Positions 26,241 through 39,008 are shown, counted from the whole stretch's first letter. The stretch: 63,973 nt of DNA, filler included, from Folioceros fuciformis (GCA_049999805.1; 33 parts of 33 records of this genome joined end to end with filler, not necessarily neighbours in it), one strand, 5' to 3'. Notes: generated by a model from the sequence alone, not told the origin. Made by a program: numbers and translations.

Positions 26241-26751
26241 TTGTATATACGACTAAATACCCAAAAAGAAATAGCTGAATTATAAAGCCGGGGTAACTTC
26301 ATTCCGCGGTCTTCGTATCATCAGTCTTACGTCTGCTCGTAAGCTGAGCTCCAGCTGCTGATCTCGCTCGTGTCCTACTCGCCGAAGCTGCGACATGGCT
26401 GGTTCCAAGCGCGCGCCAACCGACCTGTCGTCGGGTGTAAACGCTGAGCCTGTTAAGAAGAACCTTAGCGAGCTGTAGAAGGAAACAAGCGCCATTCGGA
26501 CCAGGCTCCAGGAGACAGCGAGCAACATCAGAGCTGCATCAACTTCGACTGTTTCCAGGGAATCTCCTGGTACTACTACCCTGCGGCGTCAGCTCTGCAA
26601 GTGTCTTTCAGATGCTTCAACGTGCCCTGTTCACCCTAGGGAGACTCCACACAAGATGTCTGATAGAGGGGCTGCCAAGTACTAGCAGAAGTGCTTGATG
26701 GAGGCGAACGACCCCTAAACCCCTGAAGTATACATCTGCCTTGGGTCCAAG

Positions 26752-27752
26752 TGTGGAGGTAAAACCCCGGGCACTGATTGCCAACGGGTTCCACCTTTAG
26801 TGGCCACACTTATCCCACTGTCGTTGAGACATTGGGTTTCGTTCCCACGAAGGAGCGATGGGGTTCCTTGCTGCTGTGGATGGAGGGTCGGACTTGATCG
26901 ACTCGATGATGGATTCGAGGGCTCCCCTCCTGCTCCGATCAGGCGTAGGACAGGCCTCGCTGTCCGGCGGTCAGCTACACCTCTCTCGGTGCCCACAAAC
27001 TCACTCCAGCCACTACAACGACTCTAACCTCTTAGATCTGCGACTTCCCTCACTCACTTCACTCACTCTCACTCCAGCACCAACACCAGTAACTAACAAT
27101 GACACCACTACCTTCTACACTTCCCTACTGACTCCTCCTACCCGGCAAGAGTCACTAGACTAACCCCAAACAAAAGGAAGAAGGGAACACACTCCCCTCC
27201 TGGATATCTCCCCCCTACAACCTTACCAGACGCCATGAAACATGGCCGGCCTACAACACTTGTCAAAGCAAGCAATAAGAGTGGACAGGTCGAGAGAAAG
27301 ACACATCCTTTACAATCAAGAGCTAGGGTTTAGGGTTTAGGGTTTAGGGTTTAGGGTTTAGGGTTTACACCCTGGTCATTACACCTTGTGATCCTACCAG
27401 ACACTATACAACCGGCAACACGCTGCCCGCGATCCTACCAGACACTGTACAGCTGGCAACACGCTGCCTGTGATCCTACCAAACACTGTACAGCCGGCAA
27501 CTCGCGGCTTGCGATCCTACCAGACACTGTACAGCCAGCAACACACTGCAGGTCCTAAACCAAGCAGGGACAGACCACAAGAGCTCATGAAGAGAGGACC
27601 TCCAAGAGCTCACGAAGGGATAGACTGACTCCCAAAGTGAATGACTCCCTCCTCCTACAGGCTCACCTGATCTTATAGGAGCCTCTCTCTCTCTCTGACT
27701 TCACCTCTCTCTAACTTGAGAAATATTATTTTAATAGCCTAGCCGGCTGTCA
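26752..27752 (+). repeat. LTR-A partial copy carrying a telomeric insertion
   Basis: TG start; four 41-bp units. Confidence 0.9.
27324..27367 (+). repeat. Interstitial telomeric repeat TAGGG(TTTAGGG)5TTTA
   Basis: Five perfect Arabidopsis-type units. Confidence 0.97.
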
Positions 27753-27852
27753 NNNNNNNNNNNNNNNNNNNNNNNNNNNNNNNNNNNNNNNNNNNNTTAA
27801 TTAATTAANNNNNNNNNNNNNNNNNNNNNNNNNNNNNNNNNNNNNNNNNNNN

Positions 27853-28885
27853 TAACCCCAAAGAAAAGAAAGAAGGGAACACACTCCCCTCTCGGATATT
27901 CCCTCCCCACAACCTTACCAGATGCCATGAAACATGACCGGCCTACAGCACTTGTCCAAACAGGGAACAAGAGTGGACAGGTCGAGAGAAAGACACATCC
28001 TTTACAATCAAGAGCTAAGGGCAATCCCCTTCACCCTGGTCATTACACCCTGTGATCCTACTAGACACTATACAACCAGCAACACGTGGCTTGCGATCCT
28101 ACCAGCCGTTGCATAGCTGGCAACACACTGCAGGTCCTAAACAAAGCAGGGACAGACCACAAGAGCTCATGAAGAGAGTACCTCCAAGAGCTCACGAAGT
28201 GATAGACTGACTCCCAAAGTGAATGACTACCTCCTCCTACAGGCTCACCTGATCTTATAGGAGCCTCTCTCTCTCTGACTTCACCTCTCTCTAACTTGAC
28301 AAATATTATTTTAATAGGACCACTAGCCTAGCCGGCTGTCACCAGCAACTTATTTAGACTTCTAGCACATCCTGCCACCAATAATCTGGCCCTACCACCA
28401 CAAGGATCTACCACCTCTTAGACTATCCTGAGACTTCGGAGGATGTCTGATCTTCAAAGATCTGTGAACGCCGCCTCTTCCTTGCTGGATGGCCACCCGC
28501 TAAGTCTTCCCCTGCAACTGTTCACCCTTGGTGGCTGAGCTAGTCTCCAGGGGAGGAGCATGAGCAATGGGAAAGATAGAGAAGAGGTGGGAAGGAGTGG
28601 GATCAGCAGCCGGAACCTGGCCTGAAAACGGTAGCTTATTCAGCGAAATCAGCTTCCAGGCAAAATGGTTCCCCGGCCATGGAAGACTGACCCTAGGGTG
28701 CTGGAATAGGCCCTGATCTAGTAGGAGAAGAAAGCAGGTGAAACAGAGTTGAATTGGAATTTCTGGAATTAAATCCAGAAAAATAGGGATGAAAATAAAA
28801 AAAAGGGGAAATTAGGAAAATAAAAAGAAAAGAAATATGGGGATACATATACGGTATACGTATCAGTACATATTAAATACGTATC
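27853..28885 (+). repeat. LTR-A partial copy
   Basis: Two 41-bp units. Confidence 0.9.
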
Positions 28886-28985
28886 NNNNNNNNNNNNNNN
28901 NNNNNNNNNNNNNNNNNNNNNNNNNNNNNTTAATTAATTAANNNNNNNNNNNNNNNNNNNNNNNNNNNNNNNNNNNNNNNNNNNN

Positions 28986-30910
28986 GCGCGGGGCCCAAGG
29001 GCCGCCCGGATGCGGGGCCTCCCGGGCGCAGGCGACTTGGGTTGCCCGAGCCACACGGGCCGACGCCTGAGCCACATGGGTGCCACGTAAGCGCCATGCG
29101 GGCACCGCGCAAGCACCACGTGGGCGTCACGTGGATGACACGTGGGCGCACCACGGGCTCTAGGACCAGGGACGTCGGAGTGCCATAGTGCGGACGCCAA
29201 GGCGAGGGCAAGAGTGACGTCGCGGATGTTGAATCGCGGTCGCCGGGGCTTTGACACACAAAGCAAGGGCACGGGCGCTGAAACAATCTTGGCCACGAGG
29301 TGTCGGGATCTTGAATCGAAGGACAGGACTGCAGTCGTGAGTGACCGAGGCCTGAATTGTGGACAGCCGATTCGGAACAAGGTGTGAGGGTAACTATCAA
29401 AATCTACATTACATTCCGACTGTTTTCTAACTAGCCTTTTAGTTGATTTGAATCATGACGTCCTTAGAAAATGTCATGTTGAATATCGAGAAGTTAGATG
29501 GTACTAACTTCCTGTTCTTGAAAGAACAAGTGTATAATGTTCTAGTGCAAAAGAAGCAAATCAAGCTGATAAAGTTGCTAGGAGTGAAACCTATTAGCAT
29601 GACTCAGGATGAGTAGCAGGATCTAGATGAGCTTGCTAGGTCTACCATCATGCTAACATTGTCAAAGTCGGTGTACTTCAACGTGAAAGACAAGACCACA
29701 AGCTACGAGCTATGGCAAAAGTTGTGTGACCTATACGAGAAGCAAAGTGCGGCTTCTCAGGTGTACTAGTTGAAACAGTTGGTGGACTTGAAGATGAAGG
29801 AAGGGACGAGGATGTCCGATCATCTGAACGAGTTCAATACCATTTTCAACCAGCTCTCATCTCAAGGTATCTCGTTCCTAGATTCCGTGAGAGCTATGTT
29901 TCTGTTGGTCACATTACCAGGGAGCTGGGACACTTTTTGTACAGCTCTGAGTAATTTTGCTCCTGCTAATGGTCTTACCATTGTAAATGTAGAAGGTAGC
30001 CTGTTAACAGAGGAGGTGAACAGGGAGAATATGGAACCTTCGAAAGGTTCCAATGCCCTCATGGTCAGAGGAAGGTCCACTTCAAAGGGGAAGTACAAGG
30101 AGCGAAGTTCTTCCCATAGTAAATCTCGTAGTCGTAACAATGTTGAGTGTTACCATTGTCACAAGACGGGTCACATCAGGATGGACTGCGAGAAGTTCAA
30201 GAAGGACAAAGGAAAGGAGAAGAAGCAAAGCGACAACAAGGCAAGTCTGAGTACCAAGCCTAACGAGGTGAATTCCGTTGATGATGGAGATGTTCTCATC
30301 TCTTCTTCCTTCGATTCGCACAACTGACAGCCGTGGAGAGTCACTTATTCTCTACTTGGATAATTGACTGTGGAGCATCTTTCCATGTTACTCCGCATAG
30401 AGAGTGGTTTAGCACGTATGATGCTACTAGGAAAGGATGTGTACGACTTGGAAATAACTACGCATGCGAGATTGCATGCGTTGGTGTTGTGCAGCTGAAG
30501 TTCGACAATGGATCTTCATTCATACTAAAGGATGTTAGGCATGTTCTGAAGTTAGTCAAAAGCATGATTAGCGCAGAGCAGTTGGATGACGCTGGCTACC
30601 ATTGTTGGTTTGGAGATCGTTCTTGGAAGATTTCCAAAGGTTCTCTTGTGTTAGCTCGTGGATTGAAGTGTGGCACTTTGTACTCACTTTAGGTAACCAC
30701 TGTCAAGGATCATGTGATTTGTATAACGGAACAGCCAAGTGTTTCCTTGTGGCATAGTCGGTTAGGACATATGTCTCAAAAGAGAATGAAGATCTTATCT
30801 TGTTTTGGTTACATCCTTATTTTTTACTTCTCGGATTTCTCCGTGTGTGAGCACTGTTTGTATGGGAAACAAACGAAGTCACCACATGGAGCAAGAGGTA
30901 AACACAAAAG
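28986..30910 (+). mobile_element. gag: Copia family B leader, gag, protease, GAG-pre-integrase; degenerate
   Basis: gag from ~29455; CYHCHKTGHIRMDC zinc knuckle; WIIDCGASFH; LWHSRLGH. Confidence 0.95.
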
Positions 30911-31010
30911 NNNNNNNNNNNNNNNNNNNNNNNNNNNNNNNNNNNNNNNNNNNNTTAATTAATTAANNNNNNNNNNNNNNNNNNNNNNNNNNNNNNNNNN
31001 NNNNNNNNNN

Positions 31011-31190
31011 TATAACCAAACCAACTATTTCCTAGTCAATTAACCTAATTAGCACAAAGAAAAATACAAAAAATGACCAGAAAATCAAGGAAAATTAGGG
31101 AAAATAAGTAGAAAAAGAAAACCAAACCATACCACTATTAAACCTTTTCCAACCAAAACAAACTACTACCCCAAACTTTGGAGGTTCACA
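31011..31190. repeat. LTR-C partial copy
   Basis: Ends GGTTCACA; matches 22517-22696. Confidence 0.8.
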
Positions 31191-32460
31191 CCACCTCCCG
31201 CCAAACTTCCTGAGCGAAGCTACAACGAAAGAGAGGCGATAGTAATTACAATCTAGACTAGTTTTTTTTAGATTGTTTTTACTTGGACCTAAGCCGGTCA
31301 GAATTTTAAGAGCGCTGACTGACTTCTGACAGACTTTATGGCGGAAAGACCGCCACTCCCGTGTACAAGTGGCCAGTTTGAGGCCTCGGAAAAATCAGCA
31401 AGAAACCAGCCAGACATTCCAACCTTGTGGAAGCCTAGCGATGGCCGTTCCTGGACAGGAGGTCCAACCAAGCGAGCGCACCTAGTGTTCTGAAGGTGCG
31501 GGTGCAGGTGGTGGATGCTTCGTAATCGGAAACCGGGAATGAATTTGGAGGAGAGACCTCACCGAGTGGGAGACGAACTCCCCAGCTATTCCTGTGACAG
31601 TTGCGTGGAGTGGTAAAGGTGCTGGAGGCCGAATCTACGAGTCCGGAGTGGAAGTGGATACCCCTTCCCTTAGCCTCCGGTGACCCACCATTCCTTCAAT
31701 TTTAGAGGGAAGAGAGGCCCTAGGCAGGCGAGGTGTAGGAGAATGTCGAGAGTCATGAGCGGGTCGAAAAATGAGAAGGTGTGTGTGAGAGCGCTGATGA
31801 ATGTATGTTGGTGAAGAAAGAATGCGAGTCGGAGTGACTGATGTTGCGAAAGCAGTGAGCGGTTGTGGGTCGCGAGGGTGGCGGTGTTAGAAGGAAGAGC
31901 TTGTGTGATTGAATAACTGTGGTGATTGGGTGTGTGTAAGCCTGGGGTGTGGCAAAGACTGAGCTAAGGAGCTGATTAGCGGGTGTGTGGCGCTGTGACG
32001 GGTGGTTGACAAGAAAGTACACGGAGTAAAAGGGTGCGAAAAAAGCGAGATGTGCCTATGCACTGAGACGGAATACCGTGAGGTAAAGAGATGACTCTAT
32101 GTGTGTGAGATTGAGGCGAGAGGATGCGCGAGTAGATGTGTGAGATCGGAAAAGTAAGCCGTGGATAAATTAGAGAGGGGGAAAGAGGGGAGAGACAGTG
32201 AGGGTGTGAGTTAGAGAGAGAAAGAGAGAGTGTGTGGGCCCCACTGAGGTAGCCGGTTGGGCGACCATTGCCAAGAGGGAAACGGAAGTAGCTGAGCGCA
32301 GTAGTAGGCGTAGGGGCAACAGAGTAGCCGGGCCTATCGCAAGGTAGCCCGGGGATAAGGTAGTTGAGGAGGTGACGGTGGTAGTTGAGTCGCGGTCAAG
32401 TCGAGGCAACTGGATAAGTGATAGCCGTGACTACGCGAGACTGACCTGGGGTAGTGATCG
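31191..32460. repeat. Unclassified repeat family D copy
   Basis: 31283-31690 aligns by eye with 40930-41330 (TGGACCTAAG, CTAGCGATGGCCGTT.CTGGACAGGAGGTCCA, CAAGCGAGCGCAC). Confidence 0.7.
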
Positions 32461-32585
32461 ACTTTGTGAGACAACCTGTGTTATTTAACACAAATCATTC
32501 TCTTGGGATCGAATCCCAATGCTATAACAACAAAGAGGGTTTGTGTGGACCTCGCAGCACCCCCGGGTGCAATATTTTCCCGCAC

Positions 32586-33120
32586 ACAGGTTTATGTCAA
32601 ACCCTGGCAGGAAGCATTGGGAGGCAGTGAAAGGAGTTATGAGGTACTTAAATGGTACAAAAGCTTTGTGCTTATATTTTGGTAGTGAAGATGCATTTGT
32701 CGTGGGATATACGGATGCTGATTATGCAGGGGATATGGACAAAAGGAGGTCCACATCAGGTTATGTCTTCATGTGCATAGGAGGGGCAGTCTCATGGCAA
32801 TCTCATTTGCAATCGTGCATAACGCTATCTACCACAGAGGCAAAGTATGTTGCAGCGATTGAGACGTGCAAGGAAGCCATGTGGCTTGCTCGTTTAGTGG
32901 GAGATTTGGGGATCAAGGTTGAGCTGCCAGTGTTGCATTGTGATAGCCAAAGTGCTATCCAATTGACAAAGAATCCAGTGTTTCATGCGAAGACCAAACA
33001 TGTGGAAGTGAAGTATCACTTCATTCGACAGGTGTTGGAAGACAAGAGGGTACAACTTGTCAAAGTTCACACTAGTTAGAACCCTGCAGATGTTCTTACC
33101 AAGGGGCTCTCTACGGAGCA
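32586..33120 (+). mobile_element. pol: Copia family B RNase H
   Basis: HWEAVKGVMRYL, DADYAGD, LHCDSQSAI, KTKHVEVKYHF. Confidence 0.95.
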
Positions 33121-34036
33121 NNNNNNNNNNNNNNNNNNNNNNNNNNNNNNNNNNNNNNNNNNNNTTAATTAATTAANNNNNNNNNNNNNNNNNNNNNNNN
33201 NNNNNNNNNNNNNNNNNNNNTGTCTATCGCTCCCCTACACTAGTCAACTCTCCCAACCACGTACCTAGCAATCTGGCCACACGTCCCATCAATAGGTAGG
33301 CACCATTCCTTCACTTGGAAGGGCCCCAGTACCTCCCCTACCGATTTCTACCTCCCTACACTCGATACCTTTTCCTCATAAGGCTCCCTACAACACCTTT
33401 CTCTACCCACAATCTAGCTGCTCGTATCCCTACACCCAGCAACCAACGAGTTTCCTCCGAGCCTACTCCGCTCCCTCCAGCTCTGTGTATCGTTCGCCTA
33501 CGACATTCAACCTTTCCCAGCGCGTACCTTCAACACGTCCAGTCAGTAGGAAAGCACAATTCCTTCACTTAGAAGGGCCTTAATACCTCCCCTACCAACT
33601 TCCAACTACCTACACCTAGCACCTTTCCCCACAAGTCTCCTCACAACACCTTCTACACGATCCAACTCCACGTTTCCCTATGTTCAAGACTCCCAACCAG
33701 ACATCACAAGAACCTTTGCGATCGGCAACAGAAAGGGCACTCGCAGCTCCCCCTTCCGCCAGGATGTCCACGCAGGCTTACGAAAATTGGTTCTCTATTC
33801 GTCACGAAACACTTACAATCAAAAGAACGGGGGCTTGGCTCAAGTTCTTCGTTCTACTTATATAGGATGGCAGACGGCTTCCTACCTACCACTAGCCGCG
33901 GCCAGCTTTAACTACGCACACCTACCAAGAGGCTAAGACCTACCAATAGTTGCTAAGGCAGTGCGCGCCGATGAAGATTAGGACTGTCGGTGCCGCCATA
34001 GAAGATTCGTTGATCCCCTTTTTCAAAAAGGTATGG

Positions 34037-35817
34037 CTAGGATGGCTCTTGAAGGGAGGCAGAGTCTGAAGGTCGAGCCACTGGGCCCCCCTCCATTATT
34101 GGGATTCGTCTTCTTTTGGATCCACAAGCTTCCACCGTACCTTCCTCTGTGTGGATCTCTTGGGCTATCCCTTCACCACCACCTACAAGTTTGGTAGGGG
34201 AGGGTTCCCCTTGTTCCTCCACTTGAGGCTCCTTCCCTATGTAGGGTGGGAATGTTCCCTCCGTAGGTAGGGTACCTACCATTCCTACCCCTCCTCTCAT
34301 AGGTAGGTTCCCTACGGGAGTAGGTACCCCTTGTTGCGTGCTCATCCTCGCCCATAGTAGCTCCTCTGTTTCCCATTGCGAGCTCTCCAGGTCCATACTG
34401 TTGTCCTCTTGAAAGTCTATTTGTAGCGGCACTGTCTCCAGGGCCTCACGGTCGTCATCATGTGGCCCAAGATACCTTCGCCTTGCCAATGCTACCACTT
34501 CCTTGTGATGAGCGAGTAGATGTTGGTGTAGGTGGAGGCTGTGATTCTGTTGAGCTAGATCTATGGTAACCCAATCCCCACCCTCACATCTACTCTTGTA
34601 GATATCCCGTTCAACCTCCATCGCCCCTACCTTCAACTGTAGGTCAAGGTTTTCTTGATGAGTTGCATGAAGCTTGGTCATGCACCCCGTCAAGTAGGCA
34701 TAGTCAGCATGAAACCTACGAGCTCGAACCACCAGCATCCTGTGAATCTTGGTCTGATGCTCAGTTTCTTGTTGTGCTTTCTCCTGCTGAAGGTCTTCTA
34801 ATTGGATGGTCAATTGTTTCCTCTCCACTCGCTCTCGTTGCCCTGCTTCAAGTCATTGCTAGAGTTCCTGATTTGCTTTAGCATTCTGTGCCTCCAACTC
34901 ATCTAGCTTGCCTTGTAAATCCTTTGCAATGTAGACTTGTTCCCGTAGCTGTTCCTCCACCACCTTCCTAGTTTCCTCAGACTGGGCGAGGTCCCTTCGA
35001 CATGCAATGATCTCATGTGATAAACCTTGATGGGAAGTTTGCAACGTGGTCACCTGCTGGGTCAACTTCTCCAGTCCTTGCCTTTGCTCACCATCCTTGA
35101 GGAGATACTGTTCTCGCTCCTTTTCCAATTCCTGCACTTTGGATTCTAGTCGTGCATGGTTTGCATCCCGACTTATGTCCTCCTGTAGTAGGGTTGCAAT
35201 CATTGTACGGGCCTCTCCCCAATTGATGTGTTGTAGCTGTTGGCCACACTGAATGATGTTGCTCCACACTCCCAACGAAGTATCGTTACCTTGGCTTGTG
35301 GCGTGTGCTCCTCGGGCTGCTTCCCAATTCACTGGGCTCCTTCTCCGCAAACCAAATCTGGTGCTCCACTGTGTGCTTGCACTACTGGTGTCATCGCCAA
35401 ATCCCCTATCTGGTACCCTACCTCAACTATTGGCTGGCTTGGTCCAAGATCCCTCATTGTCTCCATCTCAGTTGGGGCAGAATTTAGGGCTGCGGGGGTG
35501 GTGACTGATGGTAGCCTTCATTCCCTTTGCTGCTCCCTAGGTCTCCATATCAACGGGGTGTCATCTTCATCAGACTCATCATAGGCTGCCATGGCTTATT
35601 CGGAATCAAGTGGGGACTTCTCATCCGTAAGAGGGGTCGACACTCCACCGGAAATAAAAGCCTCCCCCTGCAACGGGACAACTACAAAAGGTTGTTCCGC
35701 CTCCTCCAACTCCTCTTGTGTTAACAACCCTTCTGTCCTCCATAAATGCACCAAGTAAGTCGAGAGGTAGCAAGGACGTGCACTCCCCCCCTCCCTACCG
35801 TTCGGCTTGAGCAACTT
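34037..35817 (-). pseudogene. Broken coiled-coil-rich ORF, probably a retrotransposon accessory/antisense ORF
   Basis: Consecutive ORFs 35596-35814, 34859-35350 and 34037-34828; E/Q/L heptad-rich; no enzyme motif. Confidence 0.5.
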
Positions 35818-35917
35818 NNNNNNNNNNNNNNNNNNNNNNNNNNNNNNNNNNNNNNNNNNNNTTAATTAATTAANNNNNNNNNNNNNNNNNNNNNNNNNNN
35901 NNNNNNNNNNNNNNNNN

Positions 35918-36163
35918 GACCAGGGTGTAGGGGCTTGCCCCTAGCTCTTGATTGTAAAGGATGTATCTTTCTCTCGACCTGTCCACTCTTGTTCCTTGCT
36001 TGGACAAGTGCTGTAGGCCGGCCATGTTTCATGGTGTCTGGTAAGGTTGTGGGGGGGAGATATCCAAGAGGGGAGTGTGTTCCCTCTTTCTTTTCTTTGG
36101 GGTTAGTCTAGTGACTCTTGCCAGGTAGGAGGGGTCAGCAGGGAAGTGTAGAAGGTAGTGGTG
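35918..36163 (-). repeat. LTR-A fragment, inverted
   Basis: Reverse complement of the segment at ~5055-5300. Confidence 0.9.
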
Positions 36164-36924
36164 GACCTGTATGAGAAGCAAAGTGCGGCTTCTCAGGTGT
36201 ATTGGTTGAAACAGCTAGTGGACTTGAAGATGAAGGAAGGGACGAGGATGTCCGATCATCTGAATGAGTCTGGCCTCCGGCTGAAGTGTCTAAGGACAGA
36301 CAATGGGGGAGAGTATGTCTTGAAGGCTTTCCAGTCATTCTGTGATTCCAAGGGAATCAAGAGAGAATTGACTGCACCGTATACTCCTCCCCATAATGGT
36401 GTGGCTGAGCGGATGAACAGGATCATCCAGGAGAGGATGCGTAGTTTGTAGTCAAACTCTGGATTGCCTAACGGATTTTGGGCAGAAGCGGTGGTTCAGC
36501 AGTGCATCTTATTAACAGATCTCCTAATAGGGCTGTGGATGAACAGGTTCCAAAGGAGATGTGGTCTGGAAAGAAGCCGTCATACAAACATCTACGAGTG
36601 TTTGGCTACGAGGCATACTACCAAGTTGGCTCCTAAGTCAAGAAAATGTATTTTTCTTGGCTATGGTGAATCTGGTGAGATGGGATACCGTCTGTGGGAT
36701 CCAGAAGCCAAGAGGATGGTTCGCAGCAATGATGTGTTCTTCAATGAGACCAAGATGCACAAGAAGCCTACTCCAACTGTGGAGATGCGACGGGAGGTCT
36801 TCCAAGAAGATGGACTTGACCGTCCCGCGCAGGCTGAACATCGTGATGTGCAGGAACAAGTTCCTCCACTTGTAGACGAGGAGAGAGTGCAACCAGCTCC
36901 GGTCGAGGCGCCATTGCTTCGTAG
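36164..36924 (+). mobile_element. Copia family B deletion derivative (gag fused to integrase)
   Basis: DLYEKQSAASQVYW...SDHLNE joined in frame to SGLRLKCLRTDNGGEY. Confidence 0.9.
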
Positions 36925-37024
36925 NNNNNNNNNNNNNNNNNNNNNNNNNNNNNNNNNNNNNNNNNNNNTTAATTAATTAANNNNNNNNNNNNNNNNNNNN
37001 NNNNNNNNNNNNNNNNNNNNNNNN

Positions 37025-38665
37025 TGCTTTTGACTTCTCCGATTTCTCCGTGTGTGAGCACTGTCTGTATGGGAAACAAACGATGTCACCACATGGAGCA
37101 AGAGGTAAACACAAAAGTAAACCTCTTGAGTTGGTTCACAGTGACGTTTGTGGACCTATGCCCACTGTATCGTTAGGCGGTGCATCCTATTTTGTCACTT
37201 TCATAGATGATATCTCATGCAAGGTGTGGGTTTATCCTTTGAGGAAAAAGGATGATGTTCTGACAATGTTTCAAAAGTTCGTCACCCTTGTGAAGAATCA
37301 ATCTGGCCTGCGACTGAAAAGTCTAAGGACAGACAATGGGGGAGAGTATGTTTCGAAGGCTTTCCAGTCATTCTGTGATTCCAAGGGAATCAGGAGAGAA
37401 TTGACTGCCCCGTATACTCCTCCCCAAAATGGTGTGGCCGAACGGATGAACAGGACCGTCCAGGAGAGGATGCGTAGTTTGTTGTCAAACTGTGGATTGA
37501 CTAACGAATTTTGGGCAGAAGCAGTGGTTACTGCGGTGCATCTTATTAACAGATCTCCTAATAGGGCTGTGGATGAATAGGTTCCAGAGGAGATGTGGTC
37601 TGGAAAGAAGCCGTCATACAAGCATCTACGAGTGCTTGGCTGCCAGGCATACTACCATGTTCCCAAGGAGTTTCGGGACAAGTTGGCACCCAAGTCCAAG
37701 AAATGTATTTTTCTTGGCTATGGTGAATCTAGTGAGATAGGATACCGTCTATGGGATCCAGAGGCCAAGAGGATGGTTCGCAACAATGACGTGTTCTTCA
37801 ATGAGACCAAGATGCACAAGAAGCCTACTCCAACTATGGAGGTGCGACGGGTGGTCTTCCAAGAAGATGGACTTAACCGTCCTGCGCAGGTTGAACGTCG
37901 TGGTGTGCAGGAACAAGTTTCTCCACTTGTAGAAGAGGAGAGAGTGCAACCAGCTCCGGTCGAGGCAACCATTGCTTCGTAGGTTAGGAAGGATCTCACG
38001 TCCTCCTGACAGGTATGTTGCATCTCTTGATTATGTCATGCTGACGGATTGTGGGGAGCCCTCTTGTTACCAAGAGGCCATGTCAGTGACTGACAAGGAC
38101 AAGTGGGAGAAAGCGATGCAGTCCCAGATGGATTCGCTCCACAAGAACCAAACTTGGGAGTTGGTTCGGTTGCCTAAAGGCAAAAAGGCGTTGCCCTACA
38201 AATGGGTGTATAAGATGAAGGACATACCCCATTATGGCAAACCCAAGTACAAGGCACGATTAGTTGCGAAGGGTTTTAAGTAACAGCAAGGTATTGACTT
38301 TGATGAGATTTTCTCACCAGTTGTCAAAATGACCACCTTGCCATGTGTTCTTGGTCTGGTTGCGCGGAACGACATGGAACTCATCCAGATGGATGTGAAG
38401 TCGGCATTTCTGCATGGTGATCTCTAGGAAGAGGTATACATGCAGCAACCAGAGGGTTTTATTGAGAAGGGCAAAGAGAGTCTGGTGTGCAAATTAAAGA
38501 AGAGCCTTTATGATTTGAAGCAGGCACCCAGGGAGTGGTATTTCAAGTTCCACTCATTTATGCTTTCTCAAGGCTACAAGCGTAGCGATGAGGATCATTG
38601 CCTCTATACGAAGCAAGCTAAGGATGGAAGCTTGCTCATTTTGGTCCTCTATGTGGATGATATGC
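37025..38665 (+). mobile_element. pol: Copia family B integrase-RT, degenerate
   Basis: ELVHSDVCGP, QNGVAERMNRT, KARLVAKGF, LYVDDM. Confidence 0.96.
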
Positions 38666-38669
38666 CCAT

Positions 38670-39008
38670 GCTCTGATACCATGCGAAGTTTAACTTGCTT
38701 AGGATCAATCGATTCATCAGGCGTGGCACACTTTTGTGTGTCACGTGAAACGGTTACAACGACCGGAACCCGTCGAGTTCGGGTTTAATCCTAGCCTAAT
38801 GACTGTACTAACTTAACTATTGTTTCACTCCCACTCAGGAGTTAGGCTAGTTATATAGTTTTAATAACTAACCTAAAAGTAAGAATTCTACGAACTTCAA
38901 ACTAAAGAAACGTAACTAGACGAAACGTTATCCACTTCTTCGTTGTTGTCCCGTCCAGGTCGCCGCCACCTTGAACTGCAGTTTATGTGCAGGCTTGAGA
39001 CGCCGCCG
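38670..39008 (-). repeat. LTR end + tRNA-Met PBS of another element, inverted
   Basis: GCTCTGATACCA at 38670-38681 is the reverse complement of the PBS, directly preceded on the minus strand by ...CTTCGCA. Confidence 0.85.
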
